Positions 44,924 through 54,712 are shown, numbered from the stretch's first letter. The stretch is 64,000 nucleotides of DNA from Acetomicrobium hydrogeniformans (GCA_016841745.1 JAENYO010000004.1:82026-146025); one strand, 5' to 3'. Made by a program: numbers and translations. The notes: generated by a model from the letters alone, not told the origin.

Positions 44924-46447
44924 ATGAGGTTATCTTCAATTCTTGCACCGACAACCAGGAATAATCCGGCAAAAGTAAAGGATCAGCGACTTATAAGGCT
45001 TGTAAAGGCCGGATATGCTGTTTATGACAATTCTGCTGAAGAAATACTGCTCACTCCTTTGGGCATGGGGTTACTCGCGCAGGTTTCAGGAAAATTAAAA
45101 GAAACCTTCGAAAACAGAGGTGCTCAGGAAATATCGGGTAACCATAATGAAGCTGCATTCGCTTTGATGGTAAGGGTACTGAAAACACAAGATCAGCTTC
45201 CGCTGATCCTTATGGAGGAAAAGAACCGGAATATCCAGCTTACAGCTTTTTCCGCTGTGGAAGACAATGTTTCGACACAAATGGAAACTTGTCTTCAGAC
45301 CTGCCGGGAAGCTTTGCTTTCCCGGGGTATGAGGATCTTCTCATTGAAAGAGGTCATTTCCAGCGGAGAGAGGATCGCTATGGTTGTAGAAGGAGATAAA
45401 AAGGCCCTTGGATCAAGGGACGGTCTTGTCTGCCCGTCATGTGGATGGAAGGGGTTCACCTCTTCTCCCATGGGCAAAAACACCGTCTCTCATGGAGGAA
45501 AAGAAGAACTTGAAGAAATATATACTCCGGGAGCTACAACCATTGTTGAACTATGCAGGCAGCTGGATCTGCCCCCTTCTCAGACATTAAAGACCATGTT
45601 CTATGCGATGGATAATGGAACCGGTCAGCTTGTGGTTGCTCTGATGAGAGGGGACAGGGATATTTCCCTTGAGAAGCTTTCTTTTTACCTTGGAGGGGTA
45701 AAACTCAGGAGAGCAACTGAGAACGAGCTGAAAGATGCCATAGGGGAAGTCGCCGGATTCTGTGGTCCCATAGGACTGCCGGAAGAAATAACAGTAGTAG
45801 CAGATGAAAGCGTTGAGGGTGCAATAAACCTGGCAGCAGGTGCCAACAAACCGGATTTCCATTTCAGAGGTGCATGCTGGGAAAGGGATTTCAAAGCCGA
45901 TATGGTGCGCGATATAGCCGCCTTCGGAAAGGATACCCCCTGTCCTTCCTGTGGAGAAATGATGGATAAGGGCTATTTTACAGAGCTAGGTGCTTTCTAT
46001 TTTACAAGACATCTTTCTGAAGACTATCCTTCTTTAAATTACATCAATGAAAACAGGGAAAAATGCTATCCCAAGGTATGGAGGGGAACCATAGATCTGG
46101 AACAGTTATTGCTCTCCGTCATGGGTTATGGTTCTGACAATCTGGCCGGGTGGTCTGCCTTTGACATTCATCTTATCGCTGCTCTTTCCAGGGAAGATGC
46201 TCTTTTTGCTGAAGTTGAGGACTTATACGATCGTCTTTCATCAAAAAACTTAAGAGTGCTCTTTGATGATCGGGATAAAAAGATAAACTCGAAACTGGAT
46301 GATTCCGTAGAAATGGGAATCCCTGTAAAAGTTCTGGCTGGAAAGGATACTTCAGGTGGTATGGAACTGGAAGTCTGGACCAGTGAAAGAGAGGGTATTA
46401 TCTTAAGCCCCGAAGACCTGGAAAAACATCTGTTCACTTTCAAATAG
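44924..46447 (+). CDS. Prolyl-tRNA-synthetase paralog retaining the INS/YbaK-type editing domain and anticodon-binding domain, with degenerate class II catalytic motifs
   Basis: The ATG at 44924 lies 8 nt after AGGAGG. An alternative start is ATG 44849, overlapping the grdX stop. MRLSSILAPTTRNNPAKVKDQRLIRLVKAGY aligns to the bacterial ProRS N-terminus. The INS region reads TLKTMFY...LVVALMRGDRDISLEKL...GFCGPIG...AAGANKPDFHF. The C-terminal part, LRVLFDDRDKKINSKLDDSVEMGIPVKVLAG, is an anticodon-binding domain. The motif 2 (FRDE...R) and motif 3 (GxGxGxxR) positions are not conserved. Confidence 0.75.
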   Translation: MRLSSILAPTTRNNPAKVKDQRLIRLVKAGYAVYDNSAEEILLTPLGMGLLAQVSGKLKETFENRGAQEISGNHNEAAFALMVRVLKTQDQLPLILMEEKNRNIQLTAFSAVEDNVSTQMETCLQTCREALLSRGMRIFSLKEVISSGERIAMVVEGDKKALGSRDGLVCPSCGWKGFTSSPMGKNTVSHGGKEELEEIYTPGATTIVELCRQLDLPPSQTLKTMFYAMDNGTGQLVVALMRGDRDISLEKLSFYLGGVKLRRATENELKDAIGEVAGFCGPIGLPEEITVVADESVEGAINLAAGANKPDFHFRGACWERDFKADMVRDIAAFGKDTPCPSCGEMMDKGYFTELGAFYFTRHLSEDYPSLNYINENREKCYPKVWRGTIDLEQLLLSVMGYGSDNLAGWSAFDIHLIAALSREDALFAEVEDLYDRLSSKNLRVLFDDRDKKINSKLDDSVEMGIPVKVLAGKDTSGGMELEVWTSEREGIILSPEDLEKHLFTFK

Positions 46448-46565
46448 CTGTATCTTTTTCAACTTGAATTCACAGTATTCTTTTCTGTACTGAAAGTGAA
46501 AAATTTCATTCTGGTTCTCTTCGAAGGTTGATGGTTGAACAACAGAACTGAAGGGAGAGAAATAC

Positions 46566-47927
46566 ATGGAACAGAAACGAGAAAGTTGGGGTAGCCGCTT
46601 TGGCTTTATTATGGCAACAGCTGGTTTTGCAATAGGACTTGGGAATATATGGAGATTTCCCTACATGGTAGGAACCAATGGAGGCGGAGCCTTTCTGGTT
46701 GTTTACCTGGCCATCTGTTTTACTATATGCGTACCTCTTTTTATCGCAGAGATCAGTCTTGGGAGAAAGACACGGCTCAATCCCATTCAGGGAATGCAGA
46801 AACTGACCCGCAAAGGCAGTCCCTGGGTAATGATCGGCTGGATAGGAGCCATCGCATGTGTTCTTCTGATGTCCTATTACCTGATGGTCATTGGCTGGAT
46901 GGCAGCATATTTTGTCAAGGCTCTTACAGGGGTCTTTGCAGGAGCAACACCCGAACAGACAAGTGTTATGTATGACACTTTTGTTTCTGACCCGCTACAG
47001 GTGGGTGCTTATACTCTTGGAGTTGTTGTGGTACTTGGTGTTATCGTTACCCGGGGTCTCAAAGACGGAGTCGAGAAGGCCTGTAAATGGATGCTTCCAG
47101 CTCTTATGATAATGCTCCTTATTCTGGCAGCAAAATCTCTCATGATGTCTCCCCAGGTTGAAGGTGCGGCAGGTGCTATGGCCGGCCTCAAATGGTATGT
47201 AACCCCTGATTTCTCAAAGATAAATGGCGGTGTGGTCCTTGCAGCACTGGGTCAGGCCTTCTTCTCAATCGGCATTGGTATAGCATGTGCCTTTGTATAC
47301 GGCAGCTATCTTGCTCCCGATTCAGATCTTCCCGCAGATGCTACAATTGTTATCGCCCTTGATACGGGAATTGCTGTTGTAGCAGGACTGGTTATCTTTC
47401 CGGCCCTCTTCTGCTTTGGAATGGATCCCCAGGCTGGTCCCGGTCTTCTTTTCAAGACCATGCCTGTTATTTTCGGCCAGCTTCCTGGTGGAAGTATTTT
47501 TGCCTCCATGTTTTTCTTCCTTGTGGTTCTGGCAGGTCTCACATCCGGTATGGGCTACCTTGAAGCTCCAGCAGCGACCTTTTCCGAGCTTTTCGGGATC
47601 AGCAGGAAAAAGTCAGTATGGGGTATTCTTGCCATTATGTATATCCTCGGTATTCCTTCCATTCTTTCACAGGGTCCATGGAGTCATATACTGATCTTTG
47701 GAAGGAATTTCTTTGACCTTGCAGACTACATATCCGGCAATGTCATGATGCCGGTGGATGCCCTTCTCATTGCCATTTACACTGCCTTTGTGTGGAAGTT
47801 TGCCAACTTCAAAGATGATAGCAACGTGGGAGCAAAGACCTTCAGGATCGCCAATTCATGGAAGCCCTTTGTTGTCGCTGTTGTTCCTGTGGCCGTTTTG
47901 ATAATCATGATAACAGCCATTTTTTAA
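46566..47927 (+). CDS. Neurotransmitter:sodium symporter (NSS/SNF) family transporter
   Basis: GFIMATAGFAIGLGNIWRFPYMVGTNGGGAFLVVYL is the NSS signature. 453 aa. Confidence 0.9.
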   Translation: MEQKRESWGSRFGFIMATAGFAIGLGNIWRFPYMVGTNGGGAFLVVYLAICFTICVPLFIAEISLGRKTRLNPIQGMQKLTRKGSPWVMIGWIGAIACVLLMSYYLMVIGWMAAYFVKALTGVFAGATPEQTSVMYDTFVSDPLQVGAYTLGVVVVLGVIVTRGLKDGVEKACKWMLPALMIMLLILAAKSLMMSPQVEGAAGAMAGLKWYVTPDFSKINGGVVLAALGQAFFSIGIGIACAFVYGSYLAPDSDLPADATIVIALDTGIAVVAGLVIFPALFCFGMDPQAGPGLLFKTMPVIFGQLPGGSIFASMFFFLVVLAGLTSGMGYLEAPAATFSELFGISRKKSVWGILAIMYILGIPSILSQGPWSHILIFGRNFFDLADYISGNVMMPVDALLIAIYTAFVWKFANFKDDSNVGAKTFRIANSWKPFVVAVVPVAVLIIMITAIF

Positions 47928-47966
47928 GTTTACTTGAGCATTTCCTCTTATCTTATCTACGCCATG

Positions 47967-48007
47967 GAGAATGGAGGACGCCTGCAGGCGTCCTCCATTC
48001 TCTTTTT
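47967..48007 (+). terminator. Intrinsic terminator closing the grd-NSS transcription unit
   Basis: GAGAATGGAGGACGCC-tgca-GGCGTCCTCCATTCTC followed by TTTTT. Confidence 0.85.
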
Positions 48008-48098
48008 CTGAACTTTTATAATGCTGTTTGAAAAAAAGGTTATCCATGACTATACTGGAGATGAAAGGACTATTTAAGGCACTCCCATATCCTTTCGG

Positions 48099-48353
48099 AT
48101 GGAGATGATCGACTTGAAGATATTTCTCCTGACTTTTCCTGTAGGTGCCATGTTCGGCCTGATACTGGTAAAGATCATATATCGACGGACATATCTTGAA
48201 AAACTTCGAAAGAAAGACCCTTATGCCCTTGCAGCTTTTGGAGCAGTCGGATATTTCCTTTTCCTGGAAGGGATCCTGTTCTTCTGTAATTCCCTTCAGG
48301 CGGGCCTGGGATACCTGGCTGGATTGTGTCTTTTCAATGTTGTCGAGAGATGA
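48099..48353 (+). CDS. Small membrane protein (about 84 aa), hypothetical
   Basis: It has 2-3 hydrophobic segments. The RBS is weak. Confidence 0.45.
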   Translation: MEMIDLKIFLLTFPVGAMFGLILVKIIYRRTYLEKLRKKDPYALAAFGAVGYFLFLEGILFFCNSLQAGLGYLAGLCLFNVVER

Positions 48354-48451
48354 AAGGTCCTATTAATATCTGTTCAGCTGTTCAGGCTGGATCCTGCAAA
48401 CCTTTATTTTGAGGCAGATCCTTCCCACACATTCTTTGAGGAGAGGTTATT

Positions 48452-49600
48452 TTGACCAATACCCTTTTTAAGCTCTTTGCCGGGAACTATGCTATTTTCG
48501 GTTTTTCTACCATTTTCTTCTTTTTCGCACCCTACCTTAGCTTTCATAGTTTCCCTCCCCACCTTACGGGCTGGGTGATAGGAGCATTCTATGCTTCTTC
48601 GACGCTGGTCAAACCCTTTGCAGGAATGCTTATGGAGAATCTAGGTGTCAGAAGATCCTTGATAATAGCCGGCTTTCTTGGTTTGTCCAGCGGTATTGGC
48701 CTAATAGTGGCACCCATGGCCTTTTTACCTCTCTTTTCCCTTAGGCTTGTTATGGGGCTTTCCTTCGGCATATTCATGGTAGGTCTTACGGCATACCAGA
48801 ATATTATGGTTCCCGATTCAGAACGGGGCACCTCCTTTGCAGTGACAACCATAGGCAGCATCTGTCCCATGTTTACCCTTATGCCTGTGTGCGATATGCT
48901 TATCAGTTCGAATAATTTTGGGATTTACCTGCTCTTACCTGCTTTTATGGGTGGAATATGTACATTTCTTGCATTTTCTCTGGATAAAGTGAGTGGAGTA
49001 AGGGGTGCGGAGGATCGTGCATGGGGGAGTTATAGTGATCTTTTCAGGGAAGCGCCACTGGGACGACTTGCCTTGACAGTCGTTTTCTTTGCCTTTGTCG
49101 ATGCCTCTGTTATCTACATCTCCAGCCTGGCTTTTTATCAGGGGTTAAGTCCTTCTTTTTTTATGGTAGCTTTAGCAGGAGGAGCCATTTTTATCAGAAT
49201 GGCGGGTCGGAACTATTTCAACAGGACTCCCAGGATCCTTATTATGGGGCCATCTCTGTTTTGTATGGGAATAGCTCTTTTTATGGCTACAATTCTTAAA
49301 AACAATGTTTTTCTTGCCTTTACCGGTTTTATCTATGGTCTGGGAATGGGCTATGGCTTCCCGGCCCTTCTTTCTCTGGCAGGAGACCTGGTTCCCATTT
49401 ACCTGAGACCCAAGATAACCTCTTTTATCCTCTTTTTCATGGATCTGAGCTGGTTCCTCCTTCCCCTTTATATAGGTTATGTTTCCTCATTGGGAGGGAT
49501 AGTCCTTGCATATAGACTGATGGCCATAGCTTCCGTTATCCTTGCAAGTCTGATGCATCTTATATGGCTCAACTTCCACAGAAAGAAAGGGAGCTTATGA
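48452..49600 (+). CDS. MFS transporter
   Basis: 382 aa with about 12 TM segments. The TTG start follows GAGGAGAGG. Confidence 0.75.
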   Translation: MTNTLFKLFAGNYAIFGFSTIFFFFAPYLSFHSFPPHLTGWVIGAFYASSTLVKPFAGMLMENLGVRRSLIIAGFLGLSSGIGLIVAPMAFLPLFSLRLVMGLSFGIFMVGLTAYQNIMVPDSERGTSFAVTTIGSICPMFTLMPVCDMLISSNNFGIYLLLPAFMGGICTFLAFSLDKVSGVRGAEDRAWGSYSDLFREAPLGRLALTVVFFAFVDASVIYISSLAFYQGLSPSFFMVALAGGAIFIRMAGRNYFNRTPRILIMGPSLFCMGIALFMATILKNNVFLAFTGFIYGLGMGYGFPALLSLAGDLVPIYLRPKITSFILFFMDLSWFLLPLYIGYVSSLGGIVLAYRLMAIASVILASLMHLIWLNFHRKKGSL

Positions 49601-50472
49601 TACAGGAAAAAAAAGGTACCATATACGGAGTACTATGCTTAGGTGTATTGTGTATTTCCACTGGAGCCATCTTTGCACGGGTTGCAGATGCTCCACCCCT
49701 TGCCATTGCTGCATACCGGGTTGGAATTGCCGGGCTTCTGCTCCTGCCGGCGGCTTTATTCAAAAGGAAACAGGAATTTTTGTTACTTCAAAAAAAAGAC
49801 TGGATCCTGGGTATTGTTTCCGGCGCTTTTCTTGCCCTTCACTTTTTTACCTGGATAAGTTCCCTGGAAAAAACTACAGTGGCAACGAGTGTTGTCCTTG
49901 TGAACACAAGTCCAATCTGGGCGGCCATGATAGCCCCCCTTATGGGAGACAGGATCTCAAGATTGACCTTTGCAGGTATTTTTCTCAGTTTTTCAGGAGC
50001 TTCTGTCATCGGCTGGAATGACCTGCAGCTGGGAGGCGGAGCTTTCTATGGGGATATCCTTGCCATCCTGGGAGCACTTTTCCTGACCGGTTATCTCTTT
50101 GGAGGAAGAATTCTAAGAAGAAAACTCTCCCTTCTGGCCTATATCACCATCTGTTACTGTTCGGCGGGGGTGTTCCTCTGGATGGCAGTTCTGTTAACAG
50201 GTACCCGTTTTACCGGTTTTTCCGGAATGACCTGGTTGATGTTTCCAGCCATGGCTATTATTCCACAGATCCTTGGGCACAGCTCCTACAACTGGGCATT
50301 GAAGTACCTGAGTGCTCCCATGGTGGCTATCAGCCTCCTTGGTGAGCCTGTGGGAAGCACTCTTCTTGCCATGGTTTTCCTGGGGGAGGCTTTAACCTGT
50401 ACCACTGTCGCAGGGGCGCTGATGATAATGGCTGGTATCGTCCTCGCTGCAAGGGGTGAAATTAAGAATTGA
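49597..50472 (+). CDS. EamA/DMT-family transporter
   Basis: The ATG at 49597 overlaps the MFS stop (ATGA). It has 10 TM segments in two EamA repeats. Confidence 0.8.
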   Translation: MIQEKKGTIYGVLCLGVLCISTGAIFARVADAPPLAIAAYRVGIAGLLLLPAALFKRKQEFLLLQKKDWILGIVSGAFLALHFFTWISSLEKTTVATSVVLVNTSPIWAAMIAPLMGDRISRLTFAGIFLSFSGASVIGWNDLQLGGGAFYGDILAILGALFLTGYLFGGRILRRKLSLLAYITICYCSAGVFLWMAVLLTGTRFTGFSGMTWLMFPAMAIIPQILGHSSYNWALKYLSAPMVAISLLGEPVGSTLLAMVFLGEALTCTTVAGALMIMAGIVLAARGEIKN

Positions 50473-50500
50473 TGGATCCTGGCCCGGAATGAATTAAACA

Positions 50501-50535
50501 AGAGGGGAGGCGGTCTTCAAGGCCAATTCCCCTCT
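50501..50535. terminator. Bidirectional hairpin between convergent genes
   Basis: AGAGGGGA...TCCCCTCT with an inner GGC/GCC pairing. Confidence 0.5.
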
Positions 50536-50539
50536 GTTG

Positions 50540-51652
50540 TTACCAGTTTTCAGGGTTGAGGTTCTGAAGTTTATCCATTACGAAGGAGCCATCTTTTCTG
50601 ATAAGTACATCATCAAAATAGATATCTCCTCCTCCATAGTCATTTCTCTGTATAGATACAAGATCCCAATGGATGGCAGATCTGTTCCCGTTTGGTGCTT
50701 CTTCATAGCAGTTCCCTGGAGTGAGATGGAAGCTTCCGGCTATCTTTTCATCAAAAAGGGTATCTGTCATGGAGTGAAGGATCCTTGGATTTACACCCAG
50801 GGCAAATTCTCCGATATATCTAGCTCCCTTATCCGTATTCAGTATTTCATTAAGCCTGGTACTGTTGTTTGATGTGGCTTTTATGATCTTTCCGTTACTG
50901 AACTCAAAGGATATATTTTCATAAATGAAACCCTGGTATGCTGAAGGAGTGTTATATGTAAGAATACCATTAACCGAGTCCTTAACAGGGGCGGTAAAAA
51001 CCTCTCCGTCAGGTACGTTTATCTTGCCAAAACATGGTACAACGGGAATATCCTTTATGGAAAATGTCAGATCTGTGCCTGGTCCCTTTATCCGGACCTT
51101 ATCTGTCTTTTCCATGATATCCACAAGGGGTTTAAGATCATTCTCCATTTTCCTGTAATCCACAAGGCATGCGTCGAAGAAGAAATTCTCAAATTCTTCA
51201 GTACTCATTTTTGCCAGCTGAGCCATGGATCCATTGGGATAGCGAAGTACCACCCACCTGGTATTATTGACCCTTTCCCGACTATGGACAGGTTCGAGGT
51301 AGTATTTCTGAAAGACTGCCATTCCTGATGACGGAACATCCTTCAATTCACTCTGGTTTACGGTAGATCTCACTCCTATGTAGGCATCCATATCCTTCAT
51401 AAGGGCAAGGTCGTGTCTGGCCATTGTTCTGGCATGTTTTTCGTCCATTTTCATGAGCAGGGCTCTTTGTATAAGATTGTCCCTGATAGTAACGAAGGGT
51501 GTTCCTCCGGCCTTGTAGGCTTCTTCGACGAGAGCCTTTCCCAGGGGCTCGGCATCCCCAAAGATCTCTATGAGTATTTTTTCGCCCTTTTGGAGTTCTG
51601 TGCAGTAATTAATGAGCATTTCTGCCAGTTTTCTAACTCTGAGGTCTTCCAA
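50540..51652 (-). CDS. M29-family aminopeptidase (AmpS/PepS-like)
   Basis: 370 aa. The N-terminus is MEDLRVRKLAEMLINYCTELQKGEKILI and the C-terminal region has FLDEKI-like and HLTPG-type motifs. Confidence 0.85.
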   Translation of the reverse strand: MEDLRVRKLAEMLINYCTELQKGEKILIEIFGDAEPLGKALVEEAYKAGGTPFVTIRDNLIQRALLMKMDEKHARTMARHDLALMKDMDAYIGVRSTVNQSELKDVPSSGMAVFQKYYLEPVHSRERVNNTRWVVLRYPNGSMAQLAKMSTEEFENFFFDACLVDYRKMENDLKPLVDIMEKTDKVRIKGPGTDLTFSIKDIPVVPCFGKINVPDGEVFTAPVKDSVNGILTYNTPSAYQGFIYENISFEFSNGKIIKATSNNSTRLNEILNTDKGARYIGEFALGVNPRILHSMTDTLFDEKIAGSFHLTPGNCYEEAPNGNRSAIHWDLVSIQRNDYGGGDIYFDDVLIRKDGSFVMDKLQNLNPENW

Positions 51653-51728
51653 TTTTATCCCTCCATAAAAAAGGAAGAAAAGGGATATTCCCCTTTTCTT
51701 CCTGATCTTTGTTTTCGGGTTCTCTGTA

Positions 51729-54602
51729 TTAAGGGGTTATTTCCCTATCTACGGAGGCTGGCTCTCTATCCTTATCGGGATCTTCCTGAATAGAGGATAA
51801 AAGGGCCATCTTCTTTATCACTTTTTCCAGTTTTACCATTTCACTCCCGTAGGTTTCCCAGTCTGCATTTTTAAGGGCTTTCTGGGAGGATTCCCAGTAT
51901 CCCTGTGCCTGGGCAGCAAGCCTGGAAATATCTTCTTCTCCGGTATAGGCAGGGGAAGTAATAAATTCTGTGCCTTCTGTTCTTTCGGCGCCTGTCTGGT
52001 ATCGTTGTCCCATTAGTTTAACAAGGGCTTTATCGAGGGTTGTATCCCAGACAACCCTGCCTCCCGTAGAAACTATTACCCTCTTGAGTTCAGGCAGATC
52101 GCTGGTTTCAGCCCTCAGGTAAAGGGGCTGAACGTACAGAAGGGAGTTCTCGATAGGTATGACCAGGAGATGTCCCCTTATTACATCCGATCCTCTTTGG
52201 CTCCATAGAGAAAGCTGGGCGGAAATTTCCGGGTTCTGATCGGTCAGGGCTTCTATCTGGGATGGTCCATAGATAAGTTTCTGTTTCGGGAAACGATAGA
52301 CCAGGAGCTGGCCGTAATTCGCGCCATCAGATCTGCCAGCCATCCATGCTATCATGTTGTCCCTTCCCACGGGCATGAAGGGAGCAATAAGGATAAACTC
52401 TGCCTTTTCCTCTCCAGCGAGCCTCATTATCATGTAATAGGCATCAAGTCGATCCTGGCGATCTCCCTGGCTTATTACTTCCCAGACATCTTCCTTGTTG
52501 TAGAAGGTGTTGGGATCCGTCATGTGATAGGTCCTGTAGATCTCGCTCTGGACACTGAAGAGTCCCTTGGGATACCTCAGGTGATCCTTCATGATCGGAG
52601 GCATTTTTTCCAGGGGAGAAAAAAGTCCCGGAAAAATCTCTGACCATGTTTTTATCAGGGGGTCCGATTTATCCGCAATATAGAAATGCATATCACCATC
52701 ATAGGCGTCTACTGTTGCCTTGACGCTGTTGCGGATGTAGTTGATCCTGCCGTATTCTGTGGAATTATTCCCTGCGATGGGGACTGGTTCTGAATAGGGA
52801 TAACGATCGGAAATACTGTATGCATCCATTATCCAGACAAGTCTTCCGTTTATAACAGCCAGGTAGGGATCGCTGTCATACATAAGGAAGGGAGCGACGT
52901 GCTGCAGCCTTTCTCTTATGTTCATGTGGTACATTACCTTGCTTTCAGGGGTAAATACATTGGTGAAAAGGATCTTGGAATCGCCGAAACTGAGGGTAAA
53001 GAGGAGCCTTCTGAAAAGAGTGCCTATTGATACGCCTCCCTTTCCGGCATAGGTTGTCCGGGCATTCGATTCACCCATGGGATAGTCGAATTCCTTTACA
53101 GTGGTATTGACAAAAAGATATGTGCTGGCCTTTTCGCCGTAATAGATCTCCGGCCTGTTCAGTTCCAGCGGAACGGAGAGATTTGGTGGTATATCCTTTA
53201 CCCACAGGACGGGAAGACCGCTGGGGCTTACCTCGTTGACAGGGTTCATAACGATGCCGTATCCATGGGTGAATTCAAGGTGGGTATTAACCCATGTGGG
53301 ATTCTGAAGACCCTTCAGATCCAACTCCCTTGCTGCGAGAATGACTTGTCTATATTCATCTCCGAACTTGTACCTGTCGATATCAACATCGGGAAAATCA
53401 TAATAGGAACGGATCTCCTGGAGCTGCTTGTAGGTTCTTGTAAGAGGCCGATAGTCCCAAAGGCGGATGTTCTGGATGGTGTCAAAGTTACTGTTTATCT
53501 GTGCCACCTCTACCTGGTCATCGGGCACTATCATTTCTGTTTCCAGATCTGACAGTTTATAGGCATCGAGGGTCGCCTTTATATTATGTTCTATATAGGG
53601 CATTTCCTTGCCGAATTCATTAGGCAAAACAACATATTTCTGAACAAGTCCCGGATAGATGCCCCTGAGAACGACATTTGTCAAAACCAGAATAACCACC
53701 AGACCTACAGAAAATTTCCATGTCTTCTTGAGGAAAAGGCTTAAAAGAAGCAGGAGCGCCACCAGAAGGGTAAGGATGGTCATTACATTCAGAGCAAGAA
53801 GATCGGCGTGGATATCGGTGTAACTGGCCCCGAAAGCGACACCTCTCGGAGAGTAGAGGAGGTAATACCTCTGTATCCAGTAACCGGCCGCCCATAGAGA
53901 AATTATGGCAGAACCCACCAGGGTGAGATGGAACTGGAGTTTTCTGGGTACGGGAACCTTCCCCTGCTGTTGAAACTGTGGCATGAGGGCAAGGAAATAG
54001 ATCACTCCGCATCCGAGAAGACATAAGATCCCGACATTAAGAAGCCACCCCTGGAAGAAGGATAAGAAGGGAAGGCTGAATATATAAAAGCCCGCATCCT
54101 TTCCAAAGATAGGATCTGCATGATTGAAGGGAGATCTGTGCAGAAAGCGCAGGACCATTGCCCATTCTCCCCTTGTTGCAAGTCCGTTGGCTATTGCCAT
54201 TACAGCAGCAACTGCAAGGAGGGCTATAACAGGAAAACGCCTTCCTAAAAACTTCTGGAGATCTGTACTTGCCATTGTCAGGGCATTTTTGAAAGCTTTC
54301 CTGAAGTTGAACCAGTAAACCAGAAGAGCTGTAAGTCCGGCTGCTCCAAAAAGCACCCATTGAGGCAGAAGTTTCTTCCAGAAAACCTGTGATAGTCCTC
54401 TAGCCCTGTACCATAAAAGTTCTGTGTAAAAATCTGCAAATACGGGTAATATTACGATCACCGCAGCCATTATCAGCAGGATTATCCAGACCGGCCTGCT
54501 TATTTTGAAGGGGAACCTGGGTCTTGCAGGAAATTTTTCCCCTCCTTCACCATCATCGTTCTTGAACCATTCTTCATTAGGAAACCATTTATTTTTCATC
54601 AT
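51729..54602 (-). CDS. UPF0182-family large membrane protein
   Basis: 957 aa. It has an N-terminal block of about 7 TM segments (FADFYTELLWYRARG) followed by a large soluble domain. This is characteristic of COG1615/UPF0182. Confidence 0.8.
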   Translation of the reverse strand: MMKNKWFPNEEWFKNDDGEGGEKFPARPRFPFKISRPVWIILLIMAAVIVILPVFADFYTELLWYRARGLSQVFWKKLLPQWVLFGAAGLTALLVYWFNFRKAFKNALTMASTDLQKFLGRRFPVIALLAVAAVMAIANGLATRGEWAMVLRFLHRSPFNHADPIFGKDAGFYIFSLPFLSFFQGWLLNVGILCLLGCGVIYFLALMPQFQQQGKVPVPRKLQFHLTLVGSAIISLWAAGYWIQRYYLLYSPRGVAFGASYTDIHADLLALNVMTILTLLVALLLLLSLFLKKTWKFSVGLVVILVLTNVVLRGIYPGLVQKYVVLPNEFGKEMPYIEHNIKATLDAYKLSDLETEMIVPDDQVEVAQINSNFDTIQNIRLWDYRPLTRTYKQLQEIRSYYDFPDVDIDRYKFGDEYRQVILAARELDLKGLQNPTWVNTHLEFTHGYGIVMNPVNEVSPSGLPVLWVKDIPPNLSVPLELNRPEIYYGEKASTYLFVNTTVKEFDYPMGESNARTTYAGKGGVSIGTLFRRLLFTLSFGDSKILFTNVFTPESKVMYHMNIRERLQHVAPFLMYDSDPYLAVINGRLVWIMDAYSISDRYPYSEPVPIAGNNSTEYGRINYIRNSVKATVDAYDGDMHFYIADKSDPLIKTWSEIFPGLFSPLEKMPPIMKDHLRYPKGLFSVQSEIYRTYHMTDPNTFYNKEDVWEVISQGDRQDRLDAYYMIMRLAGEEKAEFILIAPFMPVGRDNMIAWMAGRSDGANYGQLLVYRFPKQKLIYGPSQIEALTDQNPEISAQLSLWSQRGSDVIRGHLLVIPIENSLLYVQPLYLRAETSDLPELKRVIVSTGGRVVWDTTLDKALVKLMGQRYQTGAERTEGTEFITSPAYTGEEDISRLAAQAQGYWESSQKALKNADWETYGSEMVKLEKVIKKMALLSSIQEDPDKDREPASVDREITP

Positions 54603-54712
54603 AATGCTATTTTATAGCACCTTCGTGATAAGTCAAAAATAATGATTATCGATGATGAAAGGAAAAGAAAACAATAAATTGGATTTTTGTCAGAAAATTT
54701 ATTCAAAAAACC

